Shown here piece after piece: positions 27,626-37,300 of a stretch of DNA of 64,000 nt (position 1 is the stretch's first letter; every line of letters begins with the position of its first letter). The position numbers were made by a program, and so were the translations under genes. The notes under the pieces are model-generated. The model did not search any database, was not told the DNA's origin, and worked only from the letters and a program-made list of their open reading frames with translations. The stretch is from Chloroflexota bacterium. Its GTDB lineage: Bacteria > Chloroflexota > Dehalococcoidia > Lucifugimonadales > Lucifugimonadaceae. The stretch lies in NCBI GenBank assembly GCA_027623655.1, contig JAQBVG010000001.1:9817-73816 (forward strand). Reading direction: 5' to 3'.

Positions 27626-29236
27626 GTGGAAACCCCCGGAACGACCTCGAAGAACCTCCGCGGCATGTTAGAAGAAACCGACCGCTTCTTGACTGCTGTC
27701 GAGATTGAGACATCTCGCGGGTTGTTGATGGCCGAGGCGTCACGCAAGACTGCAGAAATCGCAAAGGCGCTCTCCGAATTTGAACGCGTCGATTTTGTAT
27801 CTCTGACCGACAATCCCGGCGGCAATCCCCATATTCGTCCTGAAGTGCTCGGACAGGACCTTCTTTTCCGGGGTCGGGACGTAGTGATCAACATGTCCTG
27901 CAAGGACTACAACCGAAACGGAGTGGAGAGTCGATTGTGGGCTCTGGGAAGCCAGGGGTTCTCGAATGTCCTAGCCCTGTCTGGCGACTACCCGGTCGGC
28001 GGGTTTCGGGGACAGGCTCAACCAGTATTTGACATCGATTCGGTGGGGCTTCTTGAACTGATGTCGCAGATGAACGAGGGCTTACCCAGCAAGATGTGGG
28101 GATCGGTCGGCCGAGAATCACGACTGGAGAAGACGAACTTCTTTGCTGGTTGTGCTGTAAGCCCGTTCAAAAAACTTGAAGGGGAGTTGATGACCCAGTA
28201 CTTCAAGCTGGCAATGAAGGTTCGGACCGGTGCGAAGTTTGCCATCAGCCAGATTGGGTACGATTCTCGAAAAGCTGGCGAGTTGGCGTTGTATGTTCGA
28301 TCGAACGGCATCGACGTTCCACTTATCGGTTCAGTGTTCATCCTGACCGCTCCGGCCGGGCGATTCTTCAACAGGTGGGGTGTTCCCGGTGTCTGGGTTT
28401 CTGATGCACTGCGTGACGAGGCCGACAGGCAGGCTAAGTCCAGAGATCGCGGGCGGGCGTTCTTTTCAGAGCTAGCCGCAAAGCAAATAGCGGTACTGAA
28501 GGGTCTGGGCTATCGCGGGGCTTACCTCTCCGGTCGTCCAGAACTTGAGCGGATCCGGCAGATACTGGAGATGTCAGATTCGTTTGGCGAAAACGACTGG
28601 AAAGATTTCGCCAAGGAAATCAACTTTGCTCAGCCCGACGAATTTTACTATTACGACCGGGGAGACAACCCCGGCCTTAGCTCAGACCAGTTGAATCCGG
28701 TTTACGCTGCAGCGAAATCTAAATCCAGAATCGCGCGGGCAAAAAGTCGTGCGACAGTTCCCCTTCAGTACCGGATTGGAAAGTTCGTTCACGATCGTGT
28801 GTTCACCGAAGGAACGTTCGGCTTCAGGGCAGGGAAGGCGATTTACGGGCAGATCGAGAAGAGTAAAAAGCTCTCAGGCGTCGCACATGCTGCAGAACAG
28901 GCGTCGAAAGTGCCGATCTATCACTGCCGAGATTGCGGAGATTGTTCGCTTCCAGATGTCGCTTACCTGTGCCCGGAGTCGCAGTGCGTGAAGAACCAGC
29001 GGAACGGTCCCTGCGGCGGGACCAAAGCCGGTCGATGCGAGGTTTTGGACCAGGAGTGTATCTGGATACGTGCTTATGACCGGCTAAAGCCGTTCGGTGA
29101 CGAAACCAGGATGCTTCAGCGTCCTGTTGTATTTCGCGACGCATCGCTTCGGAACACGTCGGCCTGGGCCAACACCTTCCTTGCACGCGACCATCATGCG
29201 AAACCAACCCCCTCCGATCCCGGTGGTAAGGCATAA
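27626..29236 (+). CDS. Methylenetetrahydrofolate reductase-like protein fused to a Cys-rich MTHFR_C/MetV-like domain
   Basis: The N-terminal about 300 aa resemble MetF (VSLTDNPGGNPH..., SGDYP). The C-terminus reads CRDCGDCSLPDVAYLCPESQCVKNQRNGPCGG, the zinc-ribbon-like MetV-type motif. GTG start with AGGAAA upstream. Confidence 0.65.
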   Translation: METPGTTSKNLRGMLEETDRFLTAVEIETSRGLLMAEASRKTAEIAKALSEFERVDFVSLTDNPGGNPHIRPEVLGQDLLFRGRDVVINMSCKDYNRNGVESRLWALGSQGFSNVLALSGDYPVGGFRGQAQPVFDIDSVGLLELMSQMNEGLPSKMWGSVGRESRLEKTNFFAGCAVSPFKKLEGELMTQYFKLAMKVRTGAKFAISQIGYDSRKAGELALYVRSNGIDVPLIGSVFILTAPAGRFFNRWGVPGVWVSDALRDEADRQAKSRDRGRAFFSELAAKQIAVLKGLGYRGAYLSGRPELERIRQILEMSDSFGENDWKDFAKEINFAQPDEFYYYDRGDNPGLSSDQLNPVYAAAKSKSRIARAKSRATVPLQYRIGKFVHDRVFTEGTFGFRAGKAIYGQIEKSKKLSGVAHAAEQASKVPIYHCRDCGDCSLPDVAYLCPESQCVKNQRNGPCGGTKAGRCEVLDQECIWIRAYDRLKPFGDETRMLQRPVVFRDASLRNTSAWANTFLARDHHAKPTPSDPGGKA

Positions 29237-29292
29237 TCGATAGTTCCGAGATCGTCCGACACCTGAATGTTCCGAACTTTGAGTGATCCGTA

Positions 29293-30330
29293 ATGCCAAG
29301 AGTTATAGATAGTCCAGACCAGTTCACCGTTCTTGGTGAGAACATCCACGCTACCCGTGTCGTCAGGCGAGGTGGGGTTCGTGGGCACGTGTTCGAGAAC
29401 GGCACCGAAGCTATTACGTACACGGTCGGTGGCGCCCGACGTTACGTGCACGTTCCAGAGCACTTCACCACGACTCAGCCGTACGAGCAGGGCAATCTGA
29501 AACATTTCATGATTGCCATGTGGAAGGGGCTGCACGGTGACGCCGACGAATCGGCCGAGGGCTGTGCATACATCAAGTACGAAGTGGATCGGCAAATTAA
29601 TGCCGGTGCCCACTATCTCGATTTGAACGTAGACGAGTCTTCGTATCGGCTTGCCGAACAGAAGGAATCGATGGCGTGGCTGGTCAAGTTTGTCGAGTCG
29701 GTATCATCGGTCCCTCCGAGTGTAGATTCATCAAATACTGAGATTATTGAAATTGGACTCAGTGCATATAGCGGCACCCAGGGACGGCCACTGCTCAATT
29801 CGATAGCGCTTGAGAGGCCTGAGGCCATCGACATGGCGATAAAGCACAATGCCCGCGCCGTAGTGATGGCGTCGAACGAGGTCGGAATGCCAGATGGCGC
29901 CGGTGAGCGAGTGGAGAACGTCGGGCGGATCCTGGAAATGGCTCTGTCGAAAGGAATGGCCAGAGAAGACATATTCGTCGACCCTCTCTATTTTCCGATC
30001 GCCGTAGACGCCAACTATGGCATGCATGCCTTTGATGCGATCGAACAGATCAGGGCTGAGTTCGGAAACGAGATTCACATCGCTGGCGGCATGAGCAACG
30101 TTTCCTTTGGGATTCCGAAACGTAGGCTCGTAAACGATGTGTTCCTCTACCTGGCGATCCAGGCCGGAGCTGATTCAGGGATTATCGACCCGATTACGAC
30201 TTCAGCAGAACGTGCGCTCAATATCGACCTGGAGTCGAAGCCTGTGAAGCTGGCTCTCGATCTGCTCCACGGCAACGACGATTTCGCGATGAATTACATC
30301 ACTGCATTCCGCGCCGGTGATCTCGATTAG
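29293..30330 (+). CDS. Pterin-binding methyltransferase (methyl-THF:corrinoid methyltransferase / MeTr-like)
   Basis: LGENIH, YLDLNVD, SVDSSN, LLNSIA, FVDPLYFPI and GGMSNVSFGIP match the MeTr/AcsE/MetH pterin-binding barrel pattern. Confidence 0.75.
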   Translation: MPRVIDSPDQFTVLGENIHATRVVRRGGVRGHVFENGTEAITYTVGGARRYVHVPEHFTTTQPYEQGNLKHFMIAMWKGLHGDADESAEGCAYIKYEVDRQINAGAHYLDLNVDESSYRLAEQKESMAWLVKFVESVSSVPPSVDSSNTEIIEIGLSAYSGTQGRPLLNSIALERPEAIDMAIKHNARAVVMASNEVGMPDGAGERVENVGRILEMALSKGMAREDIFVDPLYFPIAVDANYGMHAFDAIEQIRAEFGNEIHIAGGMSNVSFGIPKRRLVNDVFLYLAIQAGADSGIIDPITTSAERALNIDLESKPVKLALDLLHGNDDFAMNYITAFRAGDLD

Positions 30331-30451
30331 TTCGAGCACGGGCAACTGAATTCAATTCTGACAGCAATGAACGCAGGAGGAGTTTATGACGTTTCCGGGA
30401 TAGTGCGTCGATTGCACAAATTATCGTCAGAGCCGCACAATAGAGCGTCAT

Positions 30452-31474
30452 ATGCTCCACTTCGCCGCATTTTCATACAGATTTATTGCCAGCAACTTCA
30501 ATGAGTTCCTTGGCAAGAACGGGCTTTACATGTCCGCGGCCATCGCCTTCTATGCTTTCTTTTCGCTGTTTCCGCTGTCGTTGGCCCTGATCACCGTATT
30601 TTCACTTGTCCTGGGTATTCACGGGTTTGAGGACAGGCTCGTCGAGGGGCTCCGAATGCAAATTCCGGTCCTGGCGGAGGCCGACGATGCATTCCTTGGC
30701 AACTTCTTCAAGAGTATTCGTGAGGGCCGTACTGCCGGAGGATTGGTCGCAATTATTGGACTGTTCTGGGTATCTCAGCAGGTGTTCAGCACGATCCGAA
30801 AGAGCATCAACGTCATCTGGGGCATCGATAAAACGCGCTCATTCCTGACAGAGCGGTTGATGGACATTGCGCTAATGTTCGGTGCGGCGACGCTGCTGTT
30901 CGCGTCTGTGTTCACGACCGGCCTGCTGACGTACTTCGAGGAATTGTCGGCGATCTGGTTGCCCGACGCTCCGCTCAGCGATCCCGACTTGTGGCAACAA
31001 TTTGCAGTGTTCATTCCGCTGGTCCTAACGTTCATCGTGTTTCTCACGCTGTACTGGTGGCTCCCGAACGCGAAGTTGCGATTCCGTGAAGTCTGGCCGA
31101 CTGCACTGGCGGGCGCCGCCGCGTTCGAAATATCGAAGGCGATATTTATCTTCTACCTTCGGAACATGAGCGGCGTTGCGACATCGATTTACGGTGGTGT
31201 CAGCATGATCATCGTGCTAATGATCTTTGTTTACGTTTCCGCTATCATCCTGCTCGTTGGGGCCATGCTGACATCCCGCTATGCCTTCTATCTGGCCGAA
31301 AACGAACAGAAGAATCGCAATACCTTGCTCTCCCGGAACCTTGAACGCATCCGAAGTACCTCGTCGCTGCCGGGAATGCCCAATCTGCTACCAGTGGAGA
31401 CCAGCGAACCTCTTTACTCACTGGGGCCGGGCGCAATGCGTCACGACGATCCCGAATCGGTCGCCCGAGACTGA
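30452..31474 (+). CDS. YihY/BrkB-family membrane protein
   Basis: MSAAIAFYAFFSLFPL plus 6 TM segments, typical of the YihY (formerly RNase BN) family. Confidence 0.75.
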   Translation: MLHFAAFSYRFIASNFNEFLGKNGLYMSAAIAFYAFFSLFPLSLALITVFSLVLGIHGFEDRLVEGLRMQIPVLAEADDAFLGNFFKSIREGRTAGGLVAIIGLFWVSQQVFSTIRKSINVIWGIDKTRSFLTERLMDIALMFGAATLLFASVFTTGLLTYFEELSAIWLPDAPLSDPDLWQQFAVFIPLVLTFIVFLTLYWWLPNAKLRFREVWPTALAGAAAFEISKAIFIFYLRNMSGVATSIYGGVSMIIVLMIFVYVSAIILLVGAMLTSRYAFYLAENEQKNRNTLLSRNLERIRSTSSLPGMPNLLPVETSEPLYSLGPGAMRHDDPESVARD

Positions 31475-31597
31475 AGTTGAGGACTTGCTCGCTACTTCTT
31501 CGGCCTGCACAGGGGGCTGGCATGAGCGAGGGATGTTTTGAATGCACACGGTCGACATTTCTGCCCACCTAAATCTCCTCCCCTCCCAGAGGATTCC

Positions 31598-32083
31598 ATG
31601 CCGATCAGACCCGCTGTCGAGTCCGATCTTCCGCAACTCGTAAGTGCCCTGGCTCCCGACCCGGGCCGTGCCCAACTTGCAAACCGGTTCGCTGAGCAGA
31701 GGGTGGGTATCCGTTCGTTGCTCGTAATGGAGCTCGACGGAAAAGTGGTCGGGACCGTTAGCGTTTCACCCGGGGCAGAGCACGACGGGACTACTCGTAG
31801 GCTTTTTGCGCTGGACGTTGGAAGTAAGTATCGGCGGCGCGGATTTGGAGCGTTGCTGATTGCCGAGGTCGAAAGGATCGTGGCAAAAGATGGTCACTCG
31901 GTGGTCCGGCTCGAGGTTTCGGTCGACAATCATGCAGCAATTTCGTTGTATGAGAAGTTCGGATACGAAAAGATCGGACTCCCTCGAAAGTTGGTCTGGA
32001 GCAGAGGGGTGGATGGACACCCGTCAGAGGATGTAGTCGAAATTTCGCACCTGCTGCGAAAGGTGCTGACAGGTAGCCTCTAG
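31598..32083 (+). CDS. GNAT-family N-acetyltransferase
   Basis: MPIRPAVESDL start, and the YRRRGFGALLI (R/Q-x-x-G-x-G/A) acetyl-CoA motif. Confidence 0.8.
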   Translation: MPIRPAVESDLPQLVSALAPDPGRAQLANRFAEQRVGIRSLLVMELDGKVVGTVSVSPGAEHDGTTRRLFALDVGSKYRRRGFGALLIAEVERIVAKDGHSVVRLEVSVDNHAAISLYEKFGYEKIGLPRKLVWSRGVDGHPSEDVVEISHLLRKVLTGSL

Positions 32084-32085
32084 GA

Positions 32086-33402
32086 CTACTCCGCAGGTGC
32101 CGTGGGATCGGTAGCCTCGTCTTCTGGGAGCACTCTGAGCGATCTGACTGCTGGGTGAAGCAGGATCATTCCGGCTGCCAGCCACAGAACCGACCCTGTT
32201 GCAAGCGCTATCCGTAAACCGGCAAATTCGGCAACGACTCCGGCAATTGCGACCCCAATAAGCGCAGCCAGTTTTTCAGATACTTTTAGTGCACTCGCTA
32301 CCCGACCTCGAAGGTGTTCTGGAGTAACTGCCTGTTGAACGCTGACCTCGTTTATGTCGTGCATTATCCAGAATCCATCGCCAAAGATCTGTGGGAGTAC
32401 GAAAAACACCGTGGCAATCCAGATCTGAGCCGGGGCCAGCGGAATCAAGAACCCGACAACGCCGTAAACAAATACACCCAGCGCCATTGTCGGCCCGACG
32501 CCTAGCTTGTTCGTCACTCGTTGTGCATAAAGCGCACCGACGAACGAACTGACTCCGCCTATTCCGTATATCACCCCGAGCGGTCCCGGTTGGAAACCTA
32601 TCTCCGTGAGGGCGAACAACGCGATCATGCCTCCAACGATCCCGCTGGCACCTGCCAGGACTGCCCCACTGATCGCGAGCACGAGCAGGATCTGGTTGCT
32701 GGCAATAAACCGATAACCTTCGACCAGCTCTCGCCGAATGTTGCTGTCGCTTTCTGCTGGCTTCGGCTCTGGCTCCGCCTTGCGGATCGACAATATCAGC
32801 AGTCCAGAGATCGCAAATGTGATTGCCTGGACGACACCGGCGCTAATCGCCGATGCGAGCTGCGCGATAAACCCTCCGACGCTAAAACCGATCTGCTCGA
32901 CGATCGAATCGGTAGCAGCCATCTTGGAGTTTGCTTCGAGCAGGCGATCTCGCTCCACCAGACTGGGCAGGTACGCCTGGTTGGCTACCTCGTTGAATAT
33001 TCCGAGCGAGCCGTTGACGAACGCGACGACGTAAAGATGCTCGATATGCAGCTCAAACGCGTAGTGGGCGATTACGATGCTAGCTATCGCAAGGGCAGGG
33101 CTGAGATCTGTGACCGCCAAAACCAGTCTGCGTCGTGAGCGGTCGATCCAGAGCCCGGCGACCAGTCCGAAGGTGAGCCCCGATGCCGATGCGGCACCGC
33201 CGATAATTGCCATCTGGTACGGCCGGGCCTCCAGTACCAGGATCGCGACGAGAGGGATCACCATCATCAGACGCCCGAGATTAGACGTCGATTGGGCGGT
33301 CCATATTTTCAGGAAGTCTGGATCGCGCCACAGGCTTAGGCGCTGGGGCGTGTACTGAGCGAGTGGGCGTGGGACGGCTTCGGGCATGCAACATGATGGC
33401 AT
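32086..33402 (-). CDS. MFS transporter
   Basis: 438 aa, about 12 TM segments, with GLWIDRSRRR in the TM2-3 loop. Confidence 0.8.
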   Translation of the reverse strand: MPSCCMPEAVPRPLAQYTPQRLSLWRDPDFLKIWTAQSTSNLGRLMMVIPLVAILVLEARPYQMAIIGGAASASGLTFGLVAGLWIDRSRRRLVLAVTDLSPALAIASIVIAHYAFELHIEHLYVVAFVNGSLGIFNEVANQAYLPSLVERDRLLEANSKMAATDSIVEQIGFSVGGFIAQLASAISAGVVQAITFAISGLLILSIRKAEPEPKPAESDSNIRRELVEGYRFIASNQILLVLAISGAVLAGASGIVGGMIALFALTEIGFQPGPLGVIYGIGGVSSFVGALYAQRVTNKLGVGPTMALGVFVYGVVGFLIPLAPAQIWIATVFFVLPQIFGDGFWIMHDINEVSVQQAVTPEHLRGRVASALKVSEKLAALIGVAIAGVVAEFAGLRIALATGSVLWLAAGMILLHPAVRSLRVLPEDEATDPTAPAE

Positions 33403-34305
33403 GTGCCGGCAGCACTGCGGCTAACAGGAATTGGGTGCCATTAGGTGCCAATGGCACGCCTACTGAACGGGGACCGTTACGCGCGAGTTGAAGGGTGTGG
33501 GTCAGTGGGGGGTGATTGGCACGTCGGCGGACTCCTCGCAATGAAAGATGACTGTGGCACGCGGGAAAAACCGTTCTTGCTACTGGACGGTTTAGCGGTT
33601 GATATTTCGTTTGGCACCGGTCGGGCCTACCCCGAGCGGAGACTCGTGTTGACAACCTGCCTCTTGTGCAGCGGACGTCGAACGCGAGTGTCGGCGTGCG
33701 TTCGGGTCCGTGGCGAAGAATTCGCCGGGACACGGTAGCATTGCGAACCGGCACTCGTGATACGTCGCACAGGCGGTGGATGCGTTCCCTGTGCGTATTT
33801 GTTCACCCATCTGCCGGCATCGTCGGTCTGGGGTTGGTAATCTCGCCGCCAAATTCGTGATTCAGCGATCGCTGTTTATTGCACGTTTATTTCAACGCGT
33901 GGGATAGGTCGGGCACGATGCCAGACCGTGGCATGCGCATTTCAGCGCATTTTTACGGCAGATGGCTCGTTGGCGGTCTGCCTGGGATGTCCGACGAGGG
34001 TCGGGGATTATTCGCGGCAGGTGTTTTCTGGCTCCACCGCTGGGAAGACGTTCTACTGCTAGAGGGTTACCCGTGTGCGTTGGAGACTGGCCGTGTCTTT
34101 GTGGCACCTGTTCAGTTTCGGGCATGAAGCGCGATTTTGTCGAGGGGCGGATGGCACATTGTGGGCCATTGACGCGTTTACCCTGGTGGGTCGGTGGTCG
34201 CTGAGTCGGACGTGGGTGCCATTGGCACTTTTACTGCGTTGAGTCGGTGGTGGTTGAGATCCCTCCGCAGGGATCGGGAAGTCGGGCGGGTGCGTTCCCA
34301 CGCGG
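33403..34305. repeat. ORF-poor 0.9-kb spacer enriched in TGGCAC/GTGCCA hexamers and GTCGG pentamers, bounded by two 13-bp palindromes
   Basis: - TGGCAC occurs at 33452, 33527, 33555, 33612, 34102, 34152 and 34223.
- GTGCCA occurs at 33435, 33445 and 34216.
- The palindromes are GTGCCAaTGGCAC (33445..33457) and GTGCCAtTGGCAC (34216..34228).
- No protein-like ORF appears in any frame. Confidence 0.6.
33933..33955 (+). terminator. Intrinsic-terminator-like hairpin inside the spacer (plus strand)
   Basis: ATGCGC-ATTTCA-GCGCAT followed by TTTTA. It is immediately preceded by a second hairpin, ATGCCA-GACCG-TGGCAT (33918..33934), which overlaps it by 2 nt. Confidence 0.3.
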
Positions 34306-37300
34306 CTATGCTTTTTCGAGGGTTGCGGTTACCTCGGCGTCGTCAAGATCGACGGTTTCGGTGTGGGCAACCGCGATGGCGTCGTCGCTGAGTGCGGCAT
34401 TAAACTCGATGCTGGTCGCCAGTGTTTCTTCGGCTATGTAGCCGGAGTGAGTTCGGAGCGAATCGACGACGGTGTCGTTCGAACAGGAAATCCAGAGGTT
34501 GATTCGATCGGAGATTTCGAGCCCCGACGATTTTCTGAGGTTCTGGATTACTCGGACGACCTCACGAGCCGTGCCTTCAGCCTTGAGTTCGTCGGAGACT
34601 ACTGTCAGAACTGCTCCGGCATACCCGGCATCGGTAGCGACCGAGTAGTTTTCCAGGGCGACTCGTTCGATCAACACTTCGTCTGGTTCAAGCACGAATT
34701 TGCCAAGCGTAATGGTTTCTCCGGCTTCCGAGGCGCGTGCGATCTCTTTCGGGTCGGCAGCTGCGATAGCGGAGCGAATATCCCCCATCTGCCTGCCGTA
34801 TTTTGGTCCGAGCTTCGGCAAGTTCGGCTTGATTTCAAATCCGAGAAGTCCGCCTATTTCTGCCGCGTTTCGGACGGCTTTTACGTTCAGTTCTTCTTTC
34901 AGAATCGGTTCGATCTCGGCCAGAGCGAAGTGCTCCCAGTCGTGCCGGACCTCTGCTACGAATTCGCCGAGTGGCTGCCTGACTTTCAGGCGTGCCTGTG
35001 CCCGTGCGGACCTGCCGAGTGAGGCAAGTCGAATGGCAAGCCGGGTCCGGTTCATCACGTCTTGATCAATAAGCGATTCGTTCGCTTTCGGCCACGAAGT
35101 CAGGTGGACGGAATCGGGCGCCTGTTCGCTGTTTTTTAGCACCCGGTCTGCGACCAGGTTTCGGTACATAGTGTCGGCGACGAACGGCGTGAAAGGCGCA
35201 AGCAGACGGGAAAGTGTTGCCAGGCACGTGTAGAGCGTCGAATACGCGGCGTTCTTGTCTCTATCGCCCTCGGTTTTCCAGAAGCGACGCCGCGATCGTC
35301 TGACATACCAGTTGGACAGAGTTTCTACGAACTGTTCGATCGAATCGGCGGCGTAGGCAAGTTGCCAGTTTTCGAGATTTTCAGTCGCCCTATTTACCAG
35401 CTGATTGAGTTCTGACAGGATCCAGCGGTCGAGTTCCGAGAATCCCTCGGATTCTGACGGCATCTCCCACGACTCGTATGCGTTCGTTTCACCGTCTTCG
35501 GTGAACTCGAACGACATCGGGATCGCACTGTCGGCCGGGGTCCATCCATCGAGGTTGGCGTAGGTGGTGAAGAACGAGTAGATGTTCCAGAGGGGGATCA
35601 GGAACTGGCGGCGCACCTCGTCGCCCATCTTGTAGCCGAAGTTGATATTGGACTCAGGGTTGTGACGGCTGAAGGTCCAGCGCATTACATCGACACCCAT
35701 CCTGTTGGCAGCGTCCTCGAACCAGATGGCGTTGCCCTTCGACTTGTGCATCTCTTCGCCGTTTTCGTCACGCATGAGTGCGTACGAAAAAACCTGCCTT
35801 GCGGGCAACGAGTCTTCGAGCACTGCGGCCATGACGATAAGCGAATAGAACCAGTTGCGGAACTGGCCCGGGAAGCTCTCGGAAATCCAGTCTGCCGGGA
35901 ACCATTCCTTCCAGTGCTCGGGGTCGGATTTATAGCCGATTGTGGAGAATGGCACGATACCGGCGTCGAGCCACGCGTTGCCGACGTCCTGGATACGCGA
36001 GACGGTTTCGCCACAGTTGGAGCAGGCGATTTTCACATCGTCGACCCAGGGTCGATGCGGCGACGCTCCGCTCTTTTCGAATTCCAGCCAACCTTCGACG
36101 GCGCGCTCTTTCAGTTCGTCGAGCGAACCGAGCACGTCGAAATGGCCGCAATCGCAGGCGTAGATTGGTAGTGCGAGGCCGTAGTAGCGCTTCTTCGAGA
36201 TCATCCAGTCCTGCATGTTCTTGAGCCAGTCGAGTTCCCGGGCCTTGCCGAACTCTGGGTACCACTCCATTTCGTTCGTGGCCTTCTCCATCTTGGGGCG
36301 AATCTCGTCCATAGCGATGAACCACTCGTCGACGAGGCGGAACACCAACTCGGTGCCGCAGCGCCAGCAGACTGGGTACCGGTGGGTGTACTTGTTGACT
36401 CGAACGAGCAGCCCTTTTTCTTTGAGCGATGCGAAGATCATGTCTTTCACATCGGCCGCTGCCTTGCCGGTTAGATCGCCAAAACCGTCTATGTAAATGC
36501 CATTCTGGTCGAGTGGGGCGATCGGTGTGAGGTCGTTTTCCTTGCCCAGCCTGAAGTCTTCGGCACCGGCTCCGGGTGCGGTGTGGACTATGCCAGTGCC
36601 TTCGTCTTCGCCAACCTCATCCCATGCGAGGACGCGGTGCTGGCCGATTGCTTCGGCCTGGGCCGGGAGTTCGTCGAATGGGCCCCGGTAGCGGAGTCCG
36701 ACCAACTCTGAACCCTTGAGTTCGGAGATTACTCGGGCGTCTTCGGTGAGGACGTGGTCGCGCTTCAATGAATCGAACAGCGATTTACTGAAATAGATGA
36801 CCGCGCCGCGATCTTCGACCTTTACGTAGTTGTTTTCGGGGTTCACGGCAGCGGCGACATTTGCTGCGAGCGTCCACGGCGTGGTTGTCCAGACGAGGAG
36901 CGATTCGCCTTCGTGGCCGTCGTCGATCAGCGGAAATTTCAAGAACGGGCTTTCGTGGGTAATTTCCTGGTAGCCCTCGGTAACGATTTCGTGTTGCGAG
37001 AGGCCCGTTCCGCAGCGGGGACACCACGGCATTACGTCACGGCCTTTGTAGATCCAGCCGTTGTCGGCGCAGGTCTTGAGGAAGTGCCAGATGGTGTAGT
37101 TATTCTCATCTGACTTCGTGTGGTACGAGTTGTCCCAGTCCATGAAGTAGCCGAGGCGCTTCGATTGCTCGGAAATGCGATCTGCGAAGAGGTCGACCCG
37201 CGCCCGGCACTCTTCGACGAACTTGCCGACCCCGTATTCCTCGATGTCGCGTTTCGATTTGAACCCTTTTTCCTTTTCGACCTCGACTTCAATCCACAGC

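Noticed and set aside
34223-34233. Shared 11-mer TGGCACTTTTA at 34223 and 57731, with a near copy at 44748
   Set aside because: Hundreds of 11-mer coincidences are expected by chance among all position pairs in 64 kb. There is no extended similarity around them.
33403-34305. TGGCAC hexamers as sigma-54 (-24/-12) promoters
   Set aside because: Only the copy at 34223 (TGGCAC-TTTTA-CTGC) has approximately correct GG-N10-GC spacing, and it fires into the 3' end of ileS in antisense. The other copies lack a -12 TTGC/GC element at the right distance.
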